A stretch of 57,757 bases of DNA from an uncultured Gammaproteobacteria bacterium (GTDB lineage: Bacteria > Patescibacteriota > Microgenomatia > Levybacterales > UBA12049): NCBI GenBank assembly GCA_964424775.1, contig CAYRJZ010000006.1, forward strand, positions 1 to 57,757. Reading direction: 5' to 3'. How positions within the stretch are numbered: the stretch's first letter is position 1; every line of letters begins with the position of its first letter. Of this stretch, positions 1 through 9,624 are shown piece after piece. The notes below the pieces were generated by a model. The model saw only the letters and a program-made list of their open reading frames with translations. It made no database searches and was not told the DNA's origin. Made by a program: the position numbers and the translations under genes.

Positions 1-70
1 CCTGGAGGGACTTGAACCCCCGACCCCTTCGTCCGAAGCGAAGTGCTCTAATCCACTGAGCTACAGGTGC
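1..70 (-). tRNA. tRNA-Arg(UCG), 3' end cut by window edge
   Basis: Reverse complement gives GCACCTG acceptor, GCTC/GAGC D-stem, CTTCG-CTTCGGA-CGAAG anticodon arm and GGGGG-TTCAAGT-CCCTC T-arm. Confidence 0.93.
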
Positions 71-136
71 GTGTTTCTACGCTCATAATTGTATCAAAGT
101 GGGTACTCTTATTCAAACTATTAGCTTCTCGTCATC

Positions 137-1420
137 TTGAAATTGATGAGAGAGTGGTTCATACTATGTTATATGACTATCATGCCTTATGTAAGAAAAG
201 CAGCTTATCCTTATCAGGTATTTAAAAGAGTTTCATTCAAAAAGAAAATACTTATTGTTGTTGGATTAATTATTCTCATTCTCATAGTCTCAAGCTCAAT
301 CCAGAATGCATTCAAGCCAGCTCCTTACACGTTAGCAAAAGCTCAGAAAAGTGATATTACTGAAGTTGTCTCTGAATCTGGAAATATCTCTTTAAGTAAC
401 AAAGCCAATGTTTACTCAACAAGTACGGGAATTGTGGAAGAGGTGTATGTTGCTAACGGAGATCAAGTAAATGAGGGCGACGAACTTTTCAGGGTAGAAA
501 GCACTGCAACAGAGCAAGAGAGAAATGCTGCATATGCAAATTATCTTACTGCCCAAGCATCACTTAAAGCTGCTCACTCAAATGCTGATGTTTTGAGAGC
601 AGACATGTATGGAAAGTGGAAGTCATACCGTGATATGGCAACAAATGATACTTATGAAACAGGTGATGGAGTTGCAAAAGAAAGAGAACGTGAAGCCGCA
701 GAATTTCAAATCGCGCGAGACACATGGGAAGCAGCTGAAGCGAAATATAAAGATCAACAGACAACAATTGCACAGGCACAAGCACACGTAACATCTACAT
801 ATCTTTTATACCAAGCTACGCAAAACACAGTTGTTAAAGCTCCAATTAGCGGCACTATAAACAATGTTTCAGTTGCCCAAGGGAGTTCAGTAACTGTTAA
901 TTCACCAACATCTCTCACAACTCCAGCTCCTGCACTTTCTATTGCCAACTTTTCAAGGACTGAGGCAGTTATTGCGTTAAATGAGTCAGATGCATTGAAA
1001 GTAAAAGAAGGACAAATTGTCGAAATTGATGTTAATGCAATTGATAATAAGAAATTTAGAGGAAGAGTTGTTCGTGTAGATGATATTGGGACGAGTAATC
1101 AAGGAGTCATTCAATATAATGCCTATATTGAGGTTTTTGCTCCTTCGCAAAATCTTAAAGCAGGTATGACGGTAGATGTCGACATTACCACCAATAAAAT
1201 CTCACGTGTTCTGTCTGTTCCAAACGCTGCAGTCAAACCGTACCAGGGAGGAAGGGCAGTCCGCATTGTCAATCCAAAAACTAAAAAAATTGAGTATATC
1301 CCTGTCGTAACGGGTGTAAAGGGAGAGGAAAGAACTCAAATAGTAAAAGGTATCGCTGAAGGACAAGAAGTTGTAACTGCACTTGCAAATGATCAAATTA
1401 AACGGCCTGGACTTTTCTAA
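137..1420 (+). CDS. MacA-like periplasmic adaptor (membrane fusion protein); true start probably ATG 173 or 182
   Basis: N-terminal TM, lipoyl half-motifs (VEEVYVANGDQVNEGDELF; APISGTINNVSVAQGSSV), helical hairpin, C-terminal VPNAAV...G motif; upstream of ABC ATPase and permease. Confidence 0.88.
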   Translation: MKLMREWFILCYMTIMPYVRKAAYPYQVFKRVSFKKKILIVVGLIILILIVSSSIQNAFKPAPYTLAKAQKSDITEVVSESGNISLSNKANVYSTSTGIVEEVYVANGDQVNEGDELFRVESTATEQERNAAYANYLTAQASLKAAHSNADVLRADMYGKWKSYRDMATNDTYETGDGVAKEREREAAEFQIARDTWEAAEAKYKDQQTTIAQAQAHVTSTYLLYQATQNTVVKAPISGTINNVSVAQGSSVTVNSPTSLTTPAPALSIANFSRTEAVIALNESDALKVKEGQIVEIDVNAIDNKKFRGRVVRVDDIGTSNQGVIQYNAYIEVFAPSQNLKAGMTVDVDITTNKISRVLSVPNAAVKPYQGGRAVRIVNPKTKKIEYIPVVTGVKGEERTQIVKGIAEGQEVVTALANDQIKRPGLF

Positions 1421-1422
1421 TC

Positions 1423-2118
1423 ATGGCTACTACGACCCCCGTCATTCAGCTTGAAAATGTTACCAAACGATATCCTCTGTCAGATGGAGAATTTTATCAA
1501 TCTCTCAATGGTATTACCCTGACAATTCATAAAGGTGAATTTGTAGCCATTATGGGACCCTCTGGAAGTGGAAAATCTACAACAATGCATATAATCGGAG
1601 CACTTGACTCTCCAACAACTGGTAAATATTTTTTAGATGGAAAAGATATTAGTACATACTCAGAAGACCAACTTGCAGAAATAAGAAATAAAGAAATTGG
1701 GTTTGTGTTTCAAACATTTAATCTTCTTTCACGTACAACCGTACTAAAAAACGTAGAACGCCCGATGGTGTATGCAGGAATCCCTCAGGATGAAAGGACA
1801 AAGCGAGCTTTACAAGCACTCGACCTTGTTCATATCGCCGATAAGGCAAACAATCTTTCAAATAGAATTTCCGGTGGACAAATACAACGTGTTGCTATTG
1901 CGCGAGCAATTGTCATGAATCCGACAATTATTCTTGCAGATGAACCGACAGGAAATCTCGATACAAAAACGTCACATGAGATTATGCAGTATTTCCAAAA
2001 ACTAAATTCTGAAGGAAAAACAATCGTTATTATTACTCATGAAGAAGAAATTGCAAAGTATGCAAAAAGAATTATCAAAATTGTCGATGGGAAAATAGTA
2101 TCAGATCAAAAAAACTAA
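1423..2118 (+). CDS. MacB/LolD-family ABC transporter ATP-binding protein
   Basis: Walker [10 protein letters not shown], signature [14 protein letters not shown], Walker [14 protein letters not shown]-loop IITHE. Confidence 0.95.
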   Translation: MATTTPVIQLENVTKRYPLSDGEFYQSLNGITLTIHKGEFVAIMGPSGSGKSTTMHIIGALDSPTTGKYFLDGKDISTYSEDQLAEIRNKEIGFVFQTFNLLSRTTVLKNVERPMVYAGIPQDERTKRALQALDLVHIADKANNLSNRISGGQIQRVAIARAIVMNPTIILADEPTGNLDTKTSHEIMQYFQKLNSEGKTIVIITHEEEIAKYAKRIIKIVDGKIVSDQKN

Positions 2119-2119
2119 T

Positions 2120-3331
2120 ATGGATTATCGAGAAATTGTTAAATCAGCGCTCCAAGCACTCAAAAGAAATATTTTGAGAACATCTTTGACAATGCTTGGA
2201 ATTATTATTGGAATTACATCAGTCATTCTTATCGTCTCGATTGGTCGCGGAGCAGTCGCATTTATCACAGGGGAGTTATCAAGTTTTGGCACTGATTATT
2301 TTCAAATCAATCCAGGAAACAGCACTTTTAGTTCAATTACAGGAGTAAATACACTGACACTTGAGGACGTTGAGGCAATTGAAAATGATGATTCCTTAAC
2401 GAATGTCAAGCAAGTTGCCCCTATCGCTATGAGTACCAATGTTGTAGTTGCAAATGATATTGAAGAGTCAACTACTATTACTGGCATTACATCGAAAGTT
2501 CAGGAAATTTTGCGGCCTGATATTATTTATGGAGAATTTCTTACTGAAGATAATGATCGTGGGGCAGAAAGAGTCGCTGTTCTGGGAATAGAAGTAGCTA
2601 AGACTTTGTTTGGCGAAAACACAGATCCAACAGGCGAAACAATTCGCATCAAAGACTCAACTTTTCGAGTCATTGGTGTAACAGAGTCATCCAGTGCACT
2701 TGCCGGATCTGTTCTCAATAACTCAGTGTATGTCCCGATTAATGTTGTATTTAATGAGTTGGTTGGCGAAGAGAGAATACAGGAAATCGATGTTAGTGTT
2801 CATGATGAAAGTCAGATGAATCAAACAATAGAAGATGTAGAGACCTTACTTCGTGACCGGCATAATCTTGATGAAAATGACGAAAACGATTTTCAGATAC
2901 AAAGTGCGCAAGATATTCTGACGACTGTTCAAACAATTACTGGTCTTTTAACAACGATGATTGCAGGTATTTCAGGTATTTCCCTTTTAGTGGGAGGAGT
3001 AGGGGTCATGAACATCATGTTAGTATCAGTTACTGAGAGGACAAAAGAAATTGGACTTCTTAAGGCTATTGGTGCAAAAGAAAAAGATATTCTCACTCAA
3101 TTTCTTATAGAAGCAATTGTCATGTGTGTCGCTGGTGGACTTGTAGGAATAATTCTTGGAATTAGTGGGGCCTTTGTTATTTCACTTGTTGCACATATTC
3201 CATTCGTTATTGATATACCTGCAATAATTATTGCAGTTGGTGTTTCGACACTTGTTGGAATAATTTTTGGATTGTACCCTGCGCGTCGTGCAGCAAGACT
3301 ATCCCCAATTGATGCACTTAGGTATGAGTAA
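2120..3331 (+). CDS. MacB/FtsX-family ABC permease
   Basis: LTMLGIIIG first TM, large extracytoplasmic domain, GGVGVMNIMLVSVTERTKEIGLLKAIGA and YPARRAARLSPIDALRYE motifs. Confidence 0.95.
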   Translation: MDYREIVKSALQALKRNILRTSLTMLGIIIGITSVILIVSIGRGAVAFITGELSSFGTDYFQINPGNSTFSSITGVNTLTLEDVEAIENDDSLTNVKQVAPIAMSTNVVVANDIEESTTITGITSKVQEILRPDIIYGEFLTEDNDRGAERVAVLGIEVAKTLFGENTDPTGETIRIKDSTFRVIGVTESSSALAGSVLNNSVYVPINVVFNELVGEERIQEIDVSVHDESQMNQTIEDVETLLRDRHNLDENDENDFQIQSAQDILTTVQTITGLLTTMIAGISGISLLVGGVGVMNIMLVSVTERTKEIGLLKAIGAKEKDILTQFLIEAIVMCVAGGLVGIILGISGAFVISLVAHIPFVIDIPAIIIAVGVSTLVGIIFGLYPARRAARLSPIDALRYE

Positions 3332-3394
3332 ATTTTGCATATCAGTATACTTCTGTTAGAATAAAGTATGAAAAGGTGAGCCCTTTTCACTTCT

Positions 3395-3967
3395 ATGGAA
3401 CGTATTAAGTCTGCCATTAAAAAGGCCCGTTACTCATATCGATCACTTCCAGATAAAAAACAGTATGTAGAGTTTTTTACTGCTCTGCTCACTGTTCCTG
3501 TTCTTTTAACTGTTATTGTCTTAAATGTGAATAATTTGAGAACAACGAACAAAGCTCAAGAAGAGAAAAAAGAGGATACTCGCCCAATTATTATTACATC
3601 CCCACCCACAAAAGATAATTTAAGTCAAATTACTCCAATTCCTACAACTGAGGAATGCCAAGATGAAGTAGGTCCAGTAAGTATAAGTTACCCAGAGGAA
3701 GGAGAAAATGTTGATGAAAATCCTTTGAATATTGGTATCAAGCATGATAGAGAGACTTACTGTGCAGTTGTCTGGTCATACCGAATAAATGGAGGAAGAT
3801 ACTCTGATTATGATGATAAGTCGATTGCCATTTACAATCCTCCTAATGGGACTATTATTTTTGATCTTCGTGTCAAAAGTCTTAGTTCGGGTGATGAAAA
3901 GATTCTCAAAAGAACATTTACATATTCAGGTTCGACAACCCCTACTGCCTCATCTTCTGCTAATTAG
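3395..3967 (+). CDS. Hypothetical single-TM protein with Pro/Thr linker and probable Ig-like C-terminal domain
   Basis: 190-aa ORF with one hydrophobic segment, a TPIPT linker and a beta-rich C-terminus. Confidence 0.6.
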   Translation: MERIKSAIKKARYSYRSLPDKKQYVEFFTALLTVPVLLTVIVLNVNNLRTTNKAQEEKKEDTRPIIITSPPTKDNLSQITPIPTTEECQDEVGPVSISYPEEGENVDENPLNIGIKHDRETYCAVVWSYRINGGRYSDYDDKSIAIYNPPNGTIIFDLRVKSLSSGDEKILKRTFTYSGSTTPTASSSAN

Positions 3968-3999
3968 CAACAAAAGAGTCTTTTCTGTACAATATCACT

Positions 4000-6408
4000 A
4001 TGTGGGAGAAAATTAAAAAGCCTCTACAATTTTTACTTGGTTGGCCTCTTTCATTTGTCGCACTTTTCTTCATCGTCAAAACATTCCTTCCATCGTTAAA
4101 AGAAATTAATACTGCTATTACGCATATCAATATTCCACTTCTCCTGCTTGGTTTGGTAAGCTTTTTCATTTATTACTCACTTAGGAGCATTTTCTGGGCG
4201 ATGACAATTTCCTTCCTTGGGTATACTATTTCGACAAAAGAAGCTCTTTTTTTATGGTCTTCAGCACAACTCAAAAGGTATATCCCAGGAAATATCTGGG
4301 GAGTGCTAGGGATGACAGTTCTCTTTTCTGAAAAAGGGGTTTCTAAAAAAGATATTGCGCGAGGAATTCTTCTTGAAACTGAAATTGTTGTCCTAAGCAC
4401 CCTCCTTCTTGCATTTTTGGCAATACCTTTTCTCGCTCAATATGGTTTTCCATTTGGAGACTTTGTTTATCAAAGTAAATGGATAATCTTTTCACTTTAC
4501 TGCCTTGGAGTAGGAATCTATCTCTTTGGTGGGAAGTATATGAGCAGAGTAAAAATCAAACACGTCTCGCATCTCACACATCTTTTTCCTCCCTTTACTT
4601 ATCAAAAGTCTCTTTATTTACTGCTTGTCATGACGAGTTCATATGTCTTCTTCGGTCTGGGGACATTCCTTGCTATTACCTCAATTGCTTTTATTGATCC
4701 ACAACTAGTACTTCAACTCAGTGGTTATTTTGTACTCAGTCTCATCATAGGCTTTCTCTCTTTTATTACTCCAACTGGTCTGGGAGTTCGAGAAGGTGCG
4801 ATAGCATTAGGACTATCTAAAGTAATGGCATTATCGCTCGCAAGTTTTTCAGCTTTATTTGCTCGAGTTATTGTTGTTATTGCAGAAATTATTTTTGTCT
4901 TCCTCGCGTATCTTTTAACTCGAGTGAGAAATAGACACATTTTAAATGAAATTACTTTTATTAAAAATCATCTGTATGAATCAGTAGTAACACTTCTTGT
5001 CATATTGTTTTCACTTTATTTTGCTGTAATTAGTGTTCTCAGATATGTCCATTACTACACGGGAAGATTCGACCTTGGGAATATGACACAAACTGTCTGG
5101 AACACTGCGCATGGAAGAATTTTTGAATTGACAGACCCTAATGGAACTGAGATTGTCTCACGACTAGCATTCCATGCTGATTTTATTCTCATTCTTTTTG
5201 CTCCATTTTATTGGATTTGGGAGACACCAAATACGCTTCTCGTTCTTCAGGCAATTATCGTTAGCTGTGGAGCATTCTTTGTTTATTTTCTTGCAAAAGA
5301 TATTTTGAAAAGCAAACCTCTTGCTCTCCTTTTAAGTTTTCTTTATCTCTTAAATCCCAGTGTGCAACGAGCAACAATATATGACTTCCATGCAGTAACC
5401 CTAGCCACAACATTTCTTCTAGGAGCATTTTATTTTCTTCAGAAGAAGAGGTATGGATATTTTCTCCTTTTTTCTTTTCTTGCTGGAATCACAAAAGAAC
5501 AGATATGGGCAATAGTTGCACTTCTTGGTTTGTATGCTGGAGTAACGCAAAAGCAGTGGAAGTTAGGACTAAGTACATTTGTTATATCAGTCGCAATTTG
5601 TTACGGGCTTATCTGGCATGCGATACCTGCAGCACTTGGTGGTCAACATTTTGCAGTTTCTTACTACACAGGAGGAGAAACAGAGATGGGTCCAACTGGC
5701 ATTATAAAAAATGCACTTTTCTCACCAATAGAGACGATCACTACTCTAATAGAGAAAGAAAGAGTGGATTATTTAAGAAAACTCCTCGGTCCTCTTGGAT
5801 ACACATCACTTCTTTCACCATTTCTCCTTATTTTTGCACTCCCAGATCTCACAATAAATCTCCTGAGTGGCAAACCACAGCTTTATCAAATTTACTATCA
5901 GTATACTGCTGCTATTACTCCTTTCTTATTTATTAGTAGCATGTATGGATTACGATTTTTGAAAAAAGTTTATCCCAGATTACCTGAAGCTGCTATAATT
6001 CTCTTTCTTCTGACAACAGGACTCCACACTGCTTATTCTTTTGGGCCACTGCCAGGGAGTAAAGAATCAAATATCGATATGCTCACAAAATCTCAACCAT
6101 ATAGAGAGCAGGTTGATGAATTACTGTTAACTATTCCAGAATCTGCATCAGTTGCAGCAAGTAACACAATTGGCTCACATTTATCACATAGAAAATATGT
6201 TTATACAATTCCTGTTGGATGGGATACTGCAGACTATGTTATTTTTGATAGAACTGATCCGCACCAGTCACCCAGTCGACAAGTCCATACATCTCTTTTA
6301 AATTCACTGAGACAAAATGGAAACTATATTCTCATTTATGATGACGGTAATCTTGCAGCGTTTAGGAAAAGAACAAATCAAATAAATAATCTTGAGAATT
6401 CAAACTAA
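4000..6408 (+). CDS. Fusion of UPF0104/lysylphosphatidylglycerol-synthase-TM (flippase-like) domain and DUF2079 (GT-C-like) membrane domain
   Basis: N-half: KRYIPGNIW and TPTGLGVREG motifs. C-half: FDLGNMTQ, HADFIL, YDFHAVT and KE motifs, shared with the ORF at 49711. Confidence 0.75.
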   Translation: MWEKIKKPLQFLLGWPLSFVALFFIVKTFLPSLKEINTAITHINIPLLLLGLVSFFIYYSLRSIFWAMTISFLGYTISTKEALFLWSSAQLKRYIPGNIWGVLGMTVLFSEKGVSKKDIARGILLETEIVVLSTLLLAFLAIPFLAQYGFPFGDFVYQSKWIIFSLYCLGVGIYLFGGKYMSRVKIKHVSHLTHLFPPFTYQKSLYLLLVMTSSYVFFGLGTFLAITSIAFIDPQLVLQLSGYFVLSLIIGFLSFITPTGLGVREGAIALGLSKVMALSLASFSALFARVIVVIAEIIFVFLAYLLTRVRNRHILNEITFIKNHLYESVVTLLVILFSLYFAVISVLRYVHYYTGRFDLGNMTQTVWNTAHGRIFELTDPNGTEIVSRLAFHADFILILFAPFYWIWETPNTLLVLQAIIVSCGAFFVYFLAKDILKSKPLALLLSFLYLLNPSVQRATIYDFHAVTLATTFLLGAFYFLQKKRYGYFLLFSFLAGITKEQIWAIVALLGLYAGVTQKQWKLGLSTFVISVAICYGLIWHAIPAALGGQHFAVSYYTGGETEMGPTGIIKNALFSPIETITTLIEKERVDYLRKLLGPLGYTSLLSPFLLIFALPDLTINLLSGKPQLYQIYYQYTAAITPFLFISSMYGLRFLKKVYPRLPEAAIILFLLTTGLHTAYSFGPLPGSKESNIDMLTKSQPYREQVDELLLTIPESASVAASNTIGSHLSHRKYVYTIPVGWDTADYVIFDRTDPHQSPSRQVHTSLLNSLRQNGNYILIYDDGNLAAFRKRTNQINNLENSN

Positions 6409-6426
6409 TTTAGTTATTATAAAAAT

Positions 6427-7254
6427 ATGATACAAGTTCAAAAGGCCAATGGAGAGCACGAACCATTTAGTGAAATAAAAGTACTTAGCTCGATTCGACG
6501 CGCCGGAGTACCACGAGAAATTGAAGATAAAGTCTTAGAAGAAATCAAAAAAAAGCTTTACGATAACATTCCATCCTTTGAGATTTACCAGACAATTATT
6601 GATGCATTATCCAAAACAGAACAACCTTACTCACGGGCTCGTTATAGCCTCAAACAAGGAATTTATCTGCTAGGCCCAACAGGGTATCCTTTTGAAGATT
6701 TCATTGCAAAAGTATTAGAATCACAGGGTTTTAATACGCAGACACGTCAAATACTTGAAGGAAGGTGTGTCAATCACGAAGTTGATGTTATAGCTGAAAA
6801 AGAAGGAAAGAAAATTCTCGTTGAAGCGAAATTCCATAACAGTCCGGGGACACGTTCTGATGTTCACGTCGCGCTTTACATGAAATCACGCTTCGAAGAC
6901 CTTAAAGACAGACTCAAGTTTGACGAAGCCTGGATCATTACAAACACTAAAACTACTCTTGATGCAAATACATTTGCAACTTGCTCAGGTCTTAAAATTA
7001 TTAGTTGGAATTACCCAGAAGGGGAGAGTTTGAGAGATATGATTGAGCAGTCCAATCTTCACCCTATTACCATGCTCACTCAACTTTCTGCACAACAAAA
7101 GCTAAAATTGCTTGAAGATGGAGTAATTATTTGTAAAGATTTATTAAAAAACCCAGGACGACTTGATGTTATCGGACTAACAAAAAGTGAAAAAGACAAT
7201 ACACTCGCTGAACTTGCCTTTATTTGCCAAACCCCTCATCATGAAAGAGTTTAA
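6427..7254 (+). CDS. ATP-cone plus Mrr/restriction-endonuclease-like (PD-(D/E)XK) protein
   Basis: VQKANGEHEPFSEIKV ATP-cone start; GYPFEDF, HEVDVIA and VEAKFH nuclease motifs. Confidence 0.8.
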   Translation: MIQVQKANGEHEPFSEIKVLSSIRRAGVPREIEDKVLEEIKKKLYDNIPSFEIYQTIIDALSKTEQPYSRARYSLKQGIYLLGPTGYPFEDFIAKVLESQGFNTQTRQILEGRCVNHEVDVIAEKEGKKILVEAKFHNSPGTRSDVHVALYMKSRFEDLKDRLKFDEAWIITNTKTTLDANTFATCSGLKIISWNYPEGESLRDMIEQSNLHPITMLTQLSAQQKLKLLEDGVIICKDLLKNPGRLDVIGLTKSEKDNTLAELAFICQTPHHERV

Positions 7255-7260
7255 CAAATT

Positions 7261-7761
7261 TTGTTGCCATTTTCTTATGCACAGTTACAACTAATTCTTC
7301 CATTTTTCAAGATTATGTATTTTGCAAACATCCTTATCGGCATTTTCGGACTAGTAAGTTTCACGATGTTCATTAAGGCAATGTATGAATGTCGCTCGAA
7401 AAAAAATGCATTCGGCAAAACACCTAAGATATGTGACGTGTATGGGTCTTTTGTCTGGGCTGATCAAGTAATATTTGGAGCGTTCTGGTCACTTGTATCA
7501 CTTTTTTGTATCCTTATTCAGGATTATTTGTTATTCCTTCTCACTTTTTCTATTTTTTGGTTGGTAAGAAGTGTTGGTGAAACGCTTTACTGGTTTTTTC
7601 AGCAATTTCACCCACGAGGTGGTAATGAACCTGAAAAATTCTTTATGAATAAAATTATAAAAGGAGAAGCGATGTGGTTTGTAAATCAAATCTTTTGGCA
7701 GTGTATTACCGTGGTCACTCTTATCTCTTCTGTTTATCTTTTTTCTCTCTGGCTCGCGTAG
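7261..7761 (+). CDS. Hypothetical membrane protein (start uncertain)
   Basis: 166-aa ORF with 3-4 hydrophobic segments. Confidence 0.55.
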   Translation: MLPFSYAQLQLILPFFKIMYFANILIGIFGLVSFTMFIKAMYECRSKKNAFGKTPKICDVYGSFVWADQVIFGAFWSLVSLFCILIQDYLLFLLTFSIFWLVRSVGETLYWFFQQFHPRGGNEPEKFFMNKIIKGEAMWFVNQIFWQCITVVTLISSVYLFSLWLA

Positions 7762-7845
7762 TTCTCCTTACTTAGTTCTTACCGGATATTCAAAATTTAC
7801 TCACTGTTCAGCTTCATAATCAATAAGAAGAAAGGAGGATGTTTA

Positions 7846-8046
7846 ATGGCTACTGTTGTTCACGAACATACAAGAGAATCTGGTAGTAATACTGGAACAC
7901 TCGTCGCAGTTATTCTCTTAGTTCTCTTAGCAATTGCGTTTTTTGTCTACGGTCTTCCATACATTGGGAATGCCTTCCAAGCTCCTAGTGTAAATGTACC
8001 TGGTCAAGTTGACGTAAATGTTAATACACCAAATACCGGTAAATAA
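7846..8046 (+). CDS. Small single-TM protein
   Basis: Strong SD AAAGGAGG upstream, one TM segment, followed by a terminator. Confidence 0.7.
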   Translation: MATVVHEHTRESGSNTGTLVAVILLVLLAIAFFVYGLPYIGNAFQAPSVNVPGQVDVNVNTPNTGK

Positions 8047-8060
8047 TTTATTTTATAGCT

Positions 8061-8088
8061 AAAAAACAGGTCCTCGTGGCCTGTTTTT
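8061..8088. terminator. Bidirectional intrinsic terminator
   Basis: AAAAAACAGG...CCTGTTTTTT between convergent genes. Confidence 0.8.
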
Positions 8089-9344
8089 TAGTATGTCTGA
8101 GCAAGTTTTGTCCGTTCTACCTTATCGCTAAGAAAACCATTGGGAACGGTTGTTAATTTAGCAGCACGATATAAAAATGCGTTGCGAATAGTATGAGTTC
8201 CAAATTTATCATTAATTGCATCTCGAATAGAAAGGATTTTTTCCTTTCTTCTTTCTTCAGGGAAGAGAGGGCGGGTGAGATGAGATGAATCTTCTAAATA
8301 CCCTGCCCAGACCCCAATACGACGCACATATCCACTGGGAATATCACCAAAGTCCTTCCTGATAATTTCCATTCCAAGCTCAAAAAGATCCACACCACTA
8401 TCTACATATTGTTGCTGCGTTATATGTCCGTATACGCTATACGAGCCAAAAAGCGAAATCCCACACGAGCGGGCTTTCTTTTTCAGACGCCTTAACTTCA
8501 ACGCTACTTCTTCATATAACTCATAAATATGCTGGGCAACAACTCGCTGATCGTGCTCATTTTGAGGAAGACAGTACTGTCTTCCGACTGATTTCACATC
8601 AGGAGTCCTTGTAAAAGCAACAACGGGACGGACATCACGACCCTGACCAACATCATACAAAAAGTGTCCTTCAACATTACCAAATTCCGCAATAAGAGGA
8701 ACAAGAGGAGCTTTACGCAGCTGAGTAAGAGTGAAAATTCCCATTCTATGCAGTCGTGCTTCAATGCGTGGTCCAATACCACAAATATCTTGAAGCTCTG
8801 CTGTTTTATAGACCTCATCAATGTTACTCGAATTAATAGTAAAAATCCCATTTGGTTTTTTCATTCCAGAACCTAACTTAGCTAATATTTTATTTTCCGC
8901 TACGCCAACTGATACAGTAATAAAAGATCCAATTTCCCATTGAATCCGTGACTTTAAGTGATGGATGAGACTTTCCACACCTCCATACAAAGAGACAGTC
9001 GCAGTGACATCCATAAAGAGTTCATCAATTGAAAATACCTCAACAGTTGGAGAGAAATCATTACAGATAGCAATAAATTTTTTACTTATTTCCCAGTACT
9101 TCCAAAAATCAGCCGGTACAAAAACTATTCCCGGACAAAGACGCATTGCATCAAACGTACGAGTGCCTGTTTTGACCCCTCGTCTTTTTGCTTCACGGCT
9201 CGAAGCAATAACGCATGTTCTCCCGTTTGTTGCAGTAACGCCAATTGGTTTGTTGCGAAGAAGGGGATTGTGTTGCTGCTCTACACTTGCAAAGAAAGAG
9301 TCAAAATCTATATGAAGGATAATTCTTTTAGGAAGGCTGTCCAT
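8088..9344 (-). CDS. dinB: Y-family DNA polymerase (Pol IV/DinB); start ATG 9344 after SD AGGAGG
   Basis: ILHIDFDSFFASVE, ASSREAKRRGV, FSIDELFMD, AKLGS..KPNG and HhH GIGP motifs. Confidence 0.92.
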   Translation of the reverse strand: MDSLPKRIILHIDFDSFFASVEQQHNPLLRNKPIGVTATNGRTCVIASSREAKRRGVKTGTRTFDAMRLCPGIVFVPADFWKYWEISKKFIAICNDFSPTVEVFSIDELFMDVTATVSLYGGVESLIHHLKSRIQWEIGSFITVSVGVAENKILAKLGSGMKKPNGIFTINSSNIDEVYKTAELQDICGIGPRIEARLHRMGIFTLTQLRKAPLVPLIAEFGNVEGHFLYDVGQGRDVRPVVAFTRTPDVKSVGRQYCLPQNEHDQRVVAQHIYELYEEVALKLRRLKKKARSCGISLFGSYSVYGHITQQQYVDSGVDLFELGMEIIRKDFGDIPSGYVRRIGVWAGYLEDSSHLTRPLFPEERRKEKILSIRDAINDKFGTHTIRNAFLYRAAKLTTVPNGFLSDKVERTKLAQTY

Positions 9345-9588
9345 CGCTGACCTCCTCAAGACGCCAATGAAGGGTACGGGTATTTAATTTCAGACGAAAA
9401 CACAAAGACCCATCACTAACACTAAAGAAATGGCAAAGAGTATTACCTTCTGAAAGAGTGTAGTGTAAACCGATTTGTGTAATTGTGTAAGTTCTTCCAT
9501 TCCACTTAATTCTCCATGGGAGGACACGCCTTTTGATATGATCGAATACGGTGATGACACTTATATCCTCCTGAATATGTTCCTGCAT
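9328..9588 (-). CDS. Small SOS-cassette protein, possibly DUF6504-like
   Basis: PWRIKWNGRTYTI...FRLKLN...WRL pattern; lies between lexA and dinB and overlaps the dinB start. Confidence 0.6.
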   Translation of the reverse strand: MQEHIQEDISVITVFDHIKRRVLPWRIKWNGRTYTITQIGLHYTLSEGNTLCHFFSVSDGSLCFRLKLNTRTLHWRLEEVSDGQPS

Positions 9589-9624
9589 AAATTTACCTGC
9601 CTTTTTGTGAGAAAGAGAAAAGAG

